Origin: Catajapyx aquilonaris
Lineage: Eukaryota
Assembly: GCA_000934665.2 (NCBI GenBank)
Contig: KZ537987.1
Coordinates: 1-64,000 of the forward strand
Direction: 5' to 3'
DNA length: 64,000 nt
Shown here: positions 51,257 through 62,652 of the stretch, one piece after another
Position numbering within the stretch: the first letter of the stretch is position 1
Layout of the letters: each line of letters begins with the position of its first letter
The notes under the pieces: generated by a model
What the model was told of the DNA's origin: nothing
What the model saw: only the letters and a program-made list of their open reading frames with translations
The model's database searches: none
Program-made: the position numbers and the translations under genes

Positions 51257-54200
51257 CCCCCCCCCCCCCCCCCCCTCTGAAATGTTGGGGTTTCTATCGA
51301 CTCTTAATTTGATCATAGGATGCTCGTAGAATGGACAGTCAACTGACCCGCTGCGCTGCGCTGGTCTGTACCACTGCGCATGGGATCTGCGCACGTCCTG
51401 CGCAGACAGCATGCGCAGTGGCACATTTCAAAAATAATACCCTGTTTAACATTATTGAGGCCGCCTTCTTCAATTTCCTTTGCGTGATATACCAGCGTTG
51501 TTCTATTGCGCATCATGTCAGATCCAGGTCGTGATAAGCGACGGTTTTTCGCGCACATCGTTGCCACGCCTAACCGACGTTGCCATTTCCAGCCCTAATC
51601 AGGCAATGCTATCGCAATGCAAGCACCCCTACCGTATTTTGGGTGGCCAGAATCGATCTGGGCATGCCGTTTGTGGGTCCCGGGCGTTGATTTGCAAGCA
51701 CGTGGATAGATTCCCATAGCCCCATCGTCCCCCCCTCTTGCTCTATGTCCACACGATAATGGCTGGTGGGTTGGTTCATATTGGGGAATATTGTCCGTGA
51801 CTTACCGTCTTGCACGGGTGCAGGGTTAACGTTTCCAGAGGTAATTTCCGTCACATGCCAGTGCCGCCAAGCCCATTACTGCCGCTTTTATTTACACACG
51901 GAACCGTCTTTCGTATAGCCCCCGAACCTGGTAAAAAAAATCGTAGTTTGGTTCAGAGCCCTGTTGATGTTTACAATTGGCGATTAATGATCTTGAATGA
52001 CAAAAAAAATGAGGACGGCCAATGGCGGCCGGGAAGCAAACATAAATTGTTTGAGCAGCATTAATGCGTAACACCAGATAGAGTGGTACGGTCCGTAATG
52101 CACGTCGCTAAATGAGGCTAATTTAGTTGGCCCGGATCGCGTCTGTATCAACAAATTATGGATGCGTATGGCGCTCGCGTTTTTTTTTGTATTGTTAACC
52201 CCAGCTTTTTTGTGAACAGGTATCAAAGAGTTTTAATACCTGGCATGATTATTAGTGAGAGGGGTTGGCATCGAAAACATTAATACCCTGTTTCTCCTGG
52301 GCAGATTCCATTAACATGGCGAAGGTTTTGAGGACAGGGTCTACTACTGTAAGCAGGTGGGGGAAGGAGGAGGGGATTTGAATACAACCCCCCACCCCTT
52401 TTCCCTCCCTACTTCAGAGTACTCCTTTCCTCCGTGCTTCCGATGTAGATGAAGGTTGGAATTAATTTGTCAACTGCGGTGAGTGTGCAGGGCTTAATTC
52501 CTTCTCTGTGATTCAATGAGCGGGATTGTTACAAGACATTAGGGGATTGGGGGGGATGGGAGGGGGGTAAAAAAATAGGAGTGAAGTTTTGGGATTGGGA
52601 ATTGAGATTCCGGATTTGTCGAGGAAGATGAGATTACATTAGGAGTTTCAGACTCGAAGTTTGGAATCAGGTGTACCCACAGTATATTTTTTAAAGGGGG
52701 GAAGTGGAAGAAAATGTTTTCTGTGGGCGTATATTGATGATGGGAACAGAATCTGCTGGACCACCCTGTAGTATTTGCGGCTGACGTCACAGTTTACAAC
52801 CTCCCACCATATTGGAACTCCCCAGATGGCGTTGGTTTTATTTGAGGAGGACGTAGGGAGGAAGACCCTGGGAGGGATGCTGAGAGAAGACGCTCTCTCC
52901 TTCTTCGAGTTGCCATCTTCTGATTTCCCCAGAGCACTGAACCCCAGTCGCTGGGCGTCGTATTAGTCCAACCGGCAGAACTTGCGCTCCATTGAGCGTC
53001 ATTTGTTTCTCCTTCCCTACTGAAGTGTTGGGTGGTTAGGTCCAGAGAAAAAGGGGGGGAAAAGGAGAAGGAAAAGAAAGGAAAAGAAAAGAAAAGAATA
53101 AGGAGAGAGGAGCAAATCGGATTTGACTTCGATCCAAACATGACTGTCGATCCGAGGAGAGATGTATCAGGAAGTAAAAGAGGCAGTTTCATGAAATTGA
53201 AGTGCACTGAAAGTTTTTTTTGCGAGAGATGTGTTTAGCAGGGATTTAAGTTACATTAGGTGCTTATTAAATAGGAATATAGTCATAAAATGAAAATTGT
53301 GCATGAAAATGTGCTGGCAATTAGTTTGGACGTAAATGTGCGAAATGCACGGTGTCCACTGAATCTGGAATATTTTGCGTATTTTTTTTGCGTAAATATT
53401 ATTCGCCAAGATATTTTCACTGCTTACAAGCATTTTCGAAAGTTGATCAGTGTTATTGGACTATCAGTAAATGTTTCATTCGATTGCGATTCAATTAATT
53501 CGCAATGTGGACCACTTGTCTGACATATTTGCCTACTTCTTTCCCTATAACCTTTGCGATAAAAGTTACGGAACCGGCCATGCTTTTGTCGCGAGGTCAA
53601 CTGAAAAACCATGAATAATTGAACTCCTCGTTGCAATGTTGATACCATTAAATATTACTAAGGCGAATTTTAAGTTACTTACTTTGAACTGACTGACAGA
53701 AGTGCTTCTACTCTATACTTTCACTTCCTTGCATTTCCTAGCAGCTTTTTACTAACAGTAGTGTTTGACAAGAGAACCCCCGTGACCTCACTCCAAAATG
53801 TGTTGCTATACACAGAACGCCTTGTACATTTTGTTACGTACGACACAAAAGGAGAGGAGGATAAGTAAGTGAAAAGACAAGATGAGATAGGGAGTTCAGC
53901 TCTCATGGGTAATGTACTGTAGATTCCCAAAGTGCCAAGTCTTCTCGCTCCGTTAGGCCTGTCTAGATCCAGCTCGGTGCAGGTTTGCCAAGCCCGATAG
54001 CCTGTCAATATGGCTTACCTTTCAGATGCTTCTTCTCACAACTTCTTTTCCTTTCCCCCCCTGAAATCTGGAGCCCAAATTACAACCCAGCCATTCCCTA
54101 ATTAATTTAACCCCCTATAGTAAGTCGCATGGCCTGCATTGCGTGCAGAAAATTTTGGGGCGTCCAGTGTAGTATAAATAGGCGATGCCGGCCATTTTTT

Positions 54201-55151
54201 GATGCGTGCTGTCCAGTAATGCATGTTACATGAATTTGCGCCACTTGGCCAAACCTGTGCTTATCGTCCTCGCAATTTTTTGGAGGCCTGTTGTTGTGTG
54301 TCTGACAGCATCGGCGGTGTAAATATAGATTAACTTGAACCTGGTTGCACACACCTCTAATTTTGCAGCCCTCGTTACAGTCTCGCCGCCCGAAAATTTG
54401 ATGAGGAAACGTGCCGGTATATCGGAACCCATCCTTTCTAATAGGAAGCACTTTTCGTGTACATTAATCTACTCAGAACCTTAATCCCTACATGTACACA
54501 CAAAGACTGGCTGATGCATGTTGGCGGTCCGAAGTTTGCGACCCTATATATGGACGGAAGACATGTTAATTACCACAAATTAATAATGTGGAAAGTTGGC
54601 TCCCCGATTGTTGCTGGGGGTCTAAGTTTTTGGTGGTGTATATCACCGGGTCCTTAATTACACTGTAGTCTTTTTTTGGGGGGCGAAAGAGGGCTTGGAG
54701 GATGGAATCTCATCAGGCGTCGCTTCCAATCTGCCTAAATCGTCGACACAAGAGGTGCAGTTTTGCGGAGAGATCCCTTACAAGCCCGTCTTACCCGGAA
54801 CCGAAATTGACTTTTATCACGCTTAATTAGGATGGATGCCGCCGAACCGCACTTTTGGAGGACATGGCCCCCTCCGGATGAAGGAAAAAAAAAAAAGAAG
54901 TGAAGGAACCACCTCGAGAAAAAAAGAAGAAGAAAAGTGGCAGGCGAGGATTTTACGGGGTATACGGGACACTGTGCTGGCCGTTACCGGGATATATCAT
55001 TTCCTTGTTGAACGATCTTTTCGAATTTGTACGGACGGAACAGCCCCATTCTCCAAACCTTATTTTCAGTGGCTGTGTTCAAATCACGTTGCTAAAAATC
55101 TATAGTATGTTTGCTATATGAAGCAATAAAATGCGCTTGTTCAAAATGCAG

Positions 55152-55452
55152 ACCTATCGAAAATATTTCCAGTGAAAATGTCACTCAAAAAAGTAGCAAT
55201 TTCGCAAAATGCTATTTTTGAGTGAATTTCCCTCGGGAAAGACTTTAACTCAAATAGAGTGAAATATTACTCGAAAAAGAGTGAAAATAAGTGAGAGACT
55301 ACTCGTTCAGTGAGTGAAATGATTACTCATTCTGACAAGTGAGTGAAAAATCACTCAAGAGATAGAGAGTGATTTTCACTGAAAACTAGTGGGATTCAAA
55401 TTAAGTGGAAGAAAGAAACGAGTGGAAAAATACTCGAAAAAATTTAAGAGTG
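55152..55452. mobile_element. Non-autonomous DNA element with CACTC/GAGTG termini and many GAGTGAA/TCACTC sub-repeats, copy 1
   Basis: Shares TCGCAAAA(A)TGCTATTTTTGAGTGAATTTCCCT, TGAAATGATTACTC.TTCTGA, AGTGGGATTCAAAT and AAACGAGTGG..AAATACTCGA with the copy at 58197-58762. Its right end ACTCGAAAAAATTTAAGAGTG matches the reverse complement of that copy's left end at 19/21. The left boundary is approximate. Confidence 0.7.
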
Positions 55453-58280
55453 TTATATATAGAAGAGAATTTTTCAGATGAATGTGCGTGCCAATATAGG
55501 GTGCTTTGAAGGGCGTGGTCAGTCATTTCTTTAGCATGGCTGCGGCAGACAAGGTTAATAAATGAGCGGGCGATACCCCGCTGGAAAAAACAATTAGCGA
55601 GGCTCGCAGCTGTGACCAAAAGAGATGTCAGGGTGGTCGAAGAGGTTTCGTCGGCCCTGATGATTAGCACGGGACAGCCTTAATGAATGGAAACTAATCG
55701 GTTGCCATCAGACTCTTTTAATATACCATGCAGATGGGGATTGGTTGCCCAGCCAAACAATCTTGCATTTATAAATGGCATTTATCTGTTTGTATGTCCG
55801 GGCTACCTAACCTACTTTCAGACTGCTGAGAGCGATGAAACTTGGCACACCGATTTCTTGTCGTATTTTGCGCAATAAACTGATGAGTAAAGGTCATGTC
55901 GTTGTCTGATGACTTGACAGTGTACCAGACAAAAGCTTATGCACACAGCTCCCTGGGTTTATCTGCATGTCTTGTGCAATTTATTGCTCCTTGTAACAGT
56001 CCTGGGGTAATCTAGAAAACAGCTTATAAGTGCCTAGTGTTGCCTTTAAGTTGGTGGAGGTCATGGCTTATTCGGAGAGTGCACTCGAATCTGGCATAAT
56101 GAAGTGACTCTCGCTCGATTTGCTCCGCTGAGAACTTTCACCTTATCGGGAAACACTATAGCTTTGACTCTCCCGGAGAATCTTATGTATACATGGCGAA
56201 AAGCACAAGTGGTGCTATTCTGTACTTTTCCCCGGAAAAACATCAGATGCGCCATGGGGCTGTGTATTTAAGATTATCGGAGCTGAGGGTAGGGGGTATA
56301 TATATATAGGGAGGGTGAAGTAAAGCAAGTCGTGGAGCTCCGCCAAATTGATTACCTTAATGTACTTTGGCGCGAAATTGTAGCTCTGTTGAGTATATAT
56401 ATAGGGGGGAAGAGGCTGCCCCTGGAAGTTTATGCTGATTATGATAATGCGCTAAGAAATGGTTTGTGGCCAAGTAGGGACTGGAGGGGGTTTGTGGTTT
56501 TGAAGAGGAGGGGTGGGGGAGGGGTTGATGTTAATGAACATCTTGATCACGTGGCGGAGGGGGTTGCTGGAGTGAGTGGAGCTCGCAAATTGCCATTTCG
56601 GGCCAGTAATGTCAATTGCGTCCATTTTGAGGCTCCAGGGCTTTTCTGGAGGGGTCCGGATGTAATTTCTTCCGTCGCCCAGAAGTGGCAAGTTGGAAGA
56701 GTGGGGAGGAAAGGAGGAGGAAGGAGGGATTATGCCGTCCCTTATTGACTTTATGTCGTAAAAGGCCGGAGAAATGGGATGGAGGGAAGGCCCTCTGGAA
56801 GTGTGAGAATAAATCCTGACTTCCAGAAACAGTTTATGTAATAAGGGCCGGGTCAATAGGGCCATGACCTCAAACTTCAGCGCTAATTGTCATTTACGCT
56901 TAGGGTGACGTTTTACGAGGCAGAATTCAAAGATGGTGTCTAACTTTAAACGCTGGGAGGAGTCGAAGTAGTCGCAGCCAATCACAGCCAATGACGCCAT
57001 AGAGCCAATCACTGCTTAATACGTCATTCATGAATATCGATACAAATCGATGAAAACTTTTGAAAAATTATATCTTGTTGTGACAAATCAGCTACTACCC
57101 ATATAAATAATTTGGGCCTATTTTTCATACGGTTTTGAACCACCTTTTGAATCATGTTGCACGCATTGAGGGAGGTTTAAAAAATTGATATCGCGTCTAT
57201 AAGGGTTTTTTTTTTAAATATGAAATATACCGTTTCTCGCCCACCCGCATGTTCCCAGCGAGGGGCAATAGACTTTCTCTGACATGCTTCTGGAGCCTCC
57301 CTGGCAGCCCCCTTGCATAGAGTCAGCAGCCATGGCCAAATATTTAATCGTGATAAATGTTTTTCTTCCGCGAAGCAACGTCGAATTTAATATCAGAGGG
57401 AGGTGCCTGGGAGCCCGGGCTAGGAAATATATCGATCACTTAACGGGGGTATTGCATCGGCTGGCTTCCCCCCTTTTTTTCTATCCTTTTTTCCCCCCTG
57501 CTCCTATTTTCCATCCATTCTGAAAGCTTAGGATGAAAATAGTCGGGGGTTCCCCGGATGCAAATCCGACCCGACATAAGTCGCCGGATTGTGCAGGGAA
57601 AAAAATAATAATGGAGCGAGTTACTCCAGGTTAATGGGGGACTGAGACTTTTGTTATCTCTGGTTGAGTTATGATGGTTCTTAATGAACTTCCTGAGGGG
57701 GGGTCATAGGTCAGTGTTTCTTTTTTGTCGCCAGGGATTCAGAAAAGCATATTTTCAGAATTTGTTCTCGTGCCCGACTTTCATTAACATTCCTTTTACT
57801 AAAACCTAGGGGCCTTAATCCTATTATGGTGCTCCCCTCATTACAAAATTCGCATTATTCGGCCGGAAATCCTGTTAATCTGCGAGGCAGAATAATCCGA
57901 ATTTTATTTCCACAAAAAGCCTTCATTGTAGAGTGGCGTCGTTGAAGCAAAGTAATCACGCCCCTGCGTGAAGTTTCCGCGAAAATTTCTCCAGTCTACC
58001 CCCAAAATTCCTTGGGCCATCCCCATTCCGAGGCCCTATGCCATTATGGGAGGACCTAGCTAATGTAATGACCCACTAAATTTTAAGGTTAAAAATGGCC
58101 TCAATTTTGTGTTATTTTGTGAAATATTTCAATGGAATGGTGCTGTTAGTTATAAGCAAATGGCATTTTCGTTTAGTGAATTGTGAGGAGTATAGGCACT
58201 CTTAAAAATTTTCGAGTTAAATTTTCCTTAAAAAAGGAGCAAATTCGCAAAAATGCTATTTTTGAGTGAATTTCCCTATA

Positions 58281-58487
58281 CAGGGTGGTCCAAGTTCAAG
58301 TGTCGTTTTATAACGGCGATTAATAGCAGTGATTTTGCGATGACGTAGCAGCGACGCGTAAAATGTCCCACTTCGGCGAATCTTCGGCGCAATCGAAGTG
58401 GGCAATTTTACACGTCGCTGCTACGTAATCGTTAAGCGCTTCTATTAATCGCCGTTATAAAACGACACTTGAACTTGGACCACCCTG
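58281..58487. mobile_element. Hairpin MITE with TA-flanked CAGGGTGGTCC ends (Tc1/mariner-like), copy A, 207 bp
   Basis: Perfect 46-bp TIRs (CAGGGTGGTCCAAGTTCAAGTGTCGTTTTATAACGGCGATTAATAG), a largely self-complementary interior, TATA on both sides, and a second copy at 59987. Confidence 0.93.
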
Positions 58488-58619
58488 TATAGGCAATGGA
58501 TTATTATCAGTGAATGAAATGATTACTCGTTCTGAGTGAACTGGTTACTCGTTTTTTGAGTGAAAATCACTCACTGAGATATCGAGTTATTTTCACTCGA
58601 AGGAGTGGGATTCAAATCA

Positions 58620-58690
58620 TCATCATCTTCATCTTCACGGCGTTTCCCAAACAGATATGAGATTGCCAGCGGATATTGAGGAGGAGGTCC
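58620..58690 (-). mobile_element. 71-bp 5'-truncated non-LTR retro-insertion with a (GAA/GAT)n tail and 8-bp TSD
   Basis: Flanked by TCAAATCA (58612-58619 and 58691-58698). The minus strand ends ...GCCGTGAAGATGAAGATGATGA. The paralogous empty site GGGATTCAAATTAAGTGGAAG is present at 55391-55411. Confidence 0.75.
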
Positions 58691-59986
58691 TCAAATCAAG
58701 TGGAAGAAATAGTGAAAATCACTCAAAACGAGTGGGCAAATACTCGATTTTTTTAAAAGATGCGCGTATATAGCAGTGAAATTCAACTGATAAGCAATCT
58801 AATATTTTCTGCTTATTTTTAGCTGAAGGTTTGCTGTTTTTTTTTCCTTCAGAAATTCTTAGAGGTCCTTTTCCTTATACTCTTTCTTCCTTACTTTTTT
58901 TTTGTTCTATCTTCCCCCGCCATCTCTTTTGCACTTCATTCACGCTCCTCAGTGACGGGAGAGGTGCAATAAAGTGAAGGACCTGCATGCTCATCAAGTG
59001 CCAGAGATAGAGAAAAACTCTCGTGTCTACTGAGAAGCGCATTCTCACAGCTCATTTGTTTCCCTTTTTTTTAAGTTCTTTTCTTCAAGTTTTTTTTTGG
59101 GGAGGTACGTTCCACCCACATTTTTTTTTAAAGGATGGGTTTCGTGAGAAGGTAAGATGATTTCTTATCCTGTCGCCGCTCACATCTGACGAATCTGCTC
59201 GACTTGCTGATCCGCTCCGGTGCGAAATGCGATAACAGCTGTCCGCATTTTCCGCGGAATATTGGCTTGCCTGCCGAGCCGTTCCGGATCTGATTACCTT
59301 TGCTTCATGTATCGGGAGACTTCGCTCTCATAGAACAGACCGCTGGATAAAATAGAATATGGCCTGACTGGAAGAAGAGAGAGAGAGGGGAAAAAAAATA
59401 TTTAATAAAAAGTGTAAGTAAAAAAAGATAAGATAAGAGAGGGTATCAGAAGGCTGATTTATATGTGTCGGGCGTATCCGGCTTTTGTATCCATCCGCAC
59501 TCGGTTATCATCCGGGCTCCTTTTCGAATTTCCGGGCGGAAACAATCCGGTTACAAATGAAAAGCTTGGTTTTTTTTCGCATTCCCATCCACAGTGCGAA
59601 GATAAAATTTACTCGGATTTTCAAGCTTTACGGTTCAGTTTTTTTTTTATTTTGCAAGGTTATAGAATTTTTTTGTGCGGATAATGTATACGGCCGCGGT
59701 TCTTAATCAGAGAATCCGGCTTAGATGAATGAGGTGTTTCTGTCGGTGGCAATACACGAGTGGTTACTCCCACTGGCCACGCCTTATTGTTGTCGGGAGT
59801 TTGGTCTTAGTGGCATCGCATGGGGAGGTCAGTTCAGAGCAAAAAAGAAATAAAAAGTCGATCAGCACACTTTGCCACAGCCTTCAACACCTCATTTCCC
59901 TAACCTAATACAGGGTTGGCCAAAAAATATAACCGGTTTTTCGCGCACAATTTTGCACTCAATTGGTCAGCTGCTCTATGGATATA

Positions 59987-60181
59987 CAGGGTGGTCAAGT
60001 TCAAGTGTCGTTTTATAACGGCGATTAATAGCAGTGATTTTGCGATGACGTAGCAGCGACGCGTAAAATGTCCCACTTCGGCGCAATCGAAGTGGGAAAT
60101 TTTACACGTCGCTGCTACGTAATCGTTAAGCGCTTCTATTAATCGCCGTTATAAAACGACACTTGAACTTGGACCACCCTG
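59987..60181. mobile_element. Hairpin MITE, copy B, 195 bp
   Basis: Identical to copy A apart from one C missing from the left TIR, the absence of the 11-bp CTTCGGCGAAT duplication, and one substitution; TATA on both sides. Confidence 0.93.
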
Positions 60182-62563
60182 TATAAATTTTTTTTAAACG
60201 AACGCAACGGAGTGCGCGCCACAGTTCGCGCATCGTGCAAGGTTGGCGTTATCAATGATTTTTGGTGAGCTCTCTGGGGAGTAACTTTGGCAGCGTTGTT
60301 ATAACAATAGAGCTGCGTGAGTGTGGGTGCGCACTCGGTCTACGTGCAGATTAATTTAAAGGGCTGCACTGCACACTGTGCCGGCATGCCATTTCCTAAA
60401 GCTAGTTACAACTTTCTGTGCAGCACAACTCGTGTTTGTTTCATTCTCATGAAACTATGACTGCTTGACGCGCACGTTTTCGCGAATTGAGCTTGAACGC
60501 ATTAGGAGGCTGCATAGAATTGTGACCATTGCTTATTTTTACCTCGCTGGAATATATATTTTTTCTCTCTCGTTGTTGTTCCGGCAACCTTTCATGTCAA
60601 CGCGGGCCTGGCGCAGCGTAATAACGCTAAGTGCATAGGTGGAATCGTACGTAACTCTACCGGGGATCGGGCTCAATTTTGCGAAATAAATTCTGCACGC
60701 CCGCACAAAGAGCTGAAATCCGCCGAGACTCCATGTGGGATTGAAAGGGGGTTTTTTTTTTCAGCTACTATATTTTAAAAGGGATTATAGTTCGGTTTAA
60801 CCACGGTATTTTTCCCCCCTTGCACCACCCACCCGTGTCTAGGAGAGCATTTGGTATAATTTGTCACTGCCCTTTGTGGCGGCCGCAACATGTAACGAGA
60901 CTCGAACATGTTTTGTTAGACGTGCATACTAACAAGGCGGACACCCCCCCACCCCCGACTCTTTTTTTTATATGTCATTTGGAAGTACGCAGTGTGATGA
61001 ATATGACGCTGTTATTAATGATGATTGTTCTGTAGATGAGCGATTGTCACGGGCAGATGGCTTGTCCTTCAAAATGGGTCCCTCTGTGGAGTCGGTGCTT
61101 ATAATTGCATGGGAATATATATACGGTACACCAGGTTAGTACGTCGCTTTGGCCTAGGTCAGGAATATATACCAAAGCATTGGATCCCCGTTTTAAAAAA
61201 AAACGACAAAACACCCGTCGCCATCACAGTTTTATTCGCCTGGTGAAACCGGTCATAGAACTGGAGCAGTACATGGGCATTTAAATTTTAGATCATGCCC
61301 CGCAGAAGTGCCTTTCGTGTAAACAAACATTGTAGCAATTGGACACGCCGTTCTATTTGCCTTGCGGTGCAGTTATGTTCGATTCATAAGCATCGGGCGT
61401 CAGTCCGATTCGCACAGGGTGTTCATGAAGAAATGTATGTTTTAATTGGCACACTGCGGACATAAAATTTTGAAGGTACATCAGGTTCACTGACCCTTAC
61501 ATACACATACGTGACACTGCAAATTTTTCTTCCTAATATATTCCTTCACTAAAAGGTTGTAAGTGACCTCATCACTTGTGGTCGTAACAGTGCTTAGAGT
61601 TCCACAGCTGGAAGTGGGGGGGTTGGAAATGCTACCTCTGGCGACTCAACAATTCTGCTGGGAAAAGGCTTAGAAGCGGCACGCAGTCAAGATTCCCGGA
61701 AAAGCCCTCCGGAAGCTCCCAAAATTCCCTCACGTCCACTAATTAAAAAATCCAGCCCGGGGGAAAGCCTTCAAAAAAAAAAAACTGCAAGCTTTGTGTA
61801 AATTAATTTAGATATGCACAATCCGGTTCTAATCACGATTTAGAGCCTAATTAGATATTTGCAAACCCAGATCGCATCAAAGGGATGTCCTCGCAACCTG
61901 ATGCTTACAAACTAACTCTATGTGTTTACTATCAATTGGCGCAATTGGGAAGGGGGACTTAAAAAAAAAAAAAACATTCCGCACATATCTGCAGCATTAA
62001 TCAGTGTCAAGAGGTGGGTTCCGTGGAAAAGCCCACCCAATTATTCATCCTTCATGACATAATTATTTGCCGTGGAAGGTGAAGCCGCTTCCGGTAAAAC
62101 TGTGCGTAATTAATTAGCTGATTAATTAAATTACGCAAAGTGGGTGTTTGGGAAAATAGCTCCCCCCCACCATCCTTGTTGTCCACTCCTTTTCAGGGCT
62201 TGGGGTCCGGGGGAAAATGTGGATAGAGTTGTCCGAGTGCGATCCAATAATTGCAGGCTCTCGATTGACCCGCTATCTCATTCATTACGCGTTGCCCACT
62301 AATTAATTAGCGCGGACCTGTCGTTGATGATTGTGTCGCTGTAAAAATGCGCATCGGCCCGGTTCAAATTCTAAAGGAAGCGCTCCCACAACCTGTGTGT
62401 TGTGATTATGGGGAAAAAAGGCATTACAGTAATTAGCCAACGTCTCATTTCACTTATGGGACGCTGGAGATGTGCTGTTTTTGTCCACTCCGGAATTTTT
62501 AAAAGCGAGAAATAGATGCAGTTGAAAAATTCGCTTTTTAGTGACATTTTCGTACATTAAATA

Positions 62564-62652
62564 CAGGGGGGTTCCTCGTGGGTAACTTTTTGATAACTGC
62601 TATCGGGCGATATCAGTTATCAAAAAGTGACCCACGAACCTGGAGCACCCTG
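62564..62652. mobile_element. 89-bp palindromic MITE with TA-flanked CAGGG...CCCTG ends (different family from copies A/B)
   Basis: Inner arms TCGTGGGTAACTTTTTGATAACTG and CAGTTATCAAAAAGTGACCCACGA pair at 23/24; TA on both sides. Confidence 0.8.

Larger units (their letters stand above)
58197..58762. mobile_element. CACTC-ended non-autonomous element, copy 2, host of two younger insertions
   Basis: Left end CACTCTTAAAAATTTTCGAGT; degenerate right end ACTCGATTTTTTTAAAAGATG; largely collinear with 55152-55452 once the inserts are removed. Confidence 0.7.

Noticed and set aside
59463..59725. ATCCG-rich patches (also ~2915-3045 and ~4005-4110) as one repeat family
   Set aside because: They share only short words, and I could see no collinear alignment.
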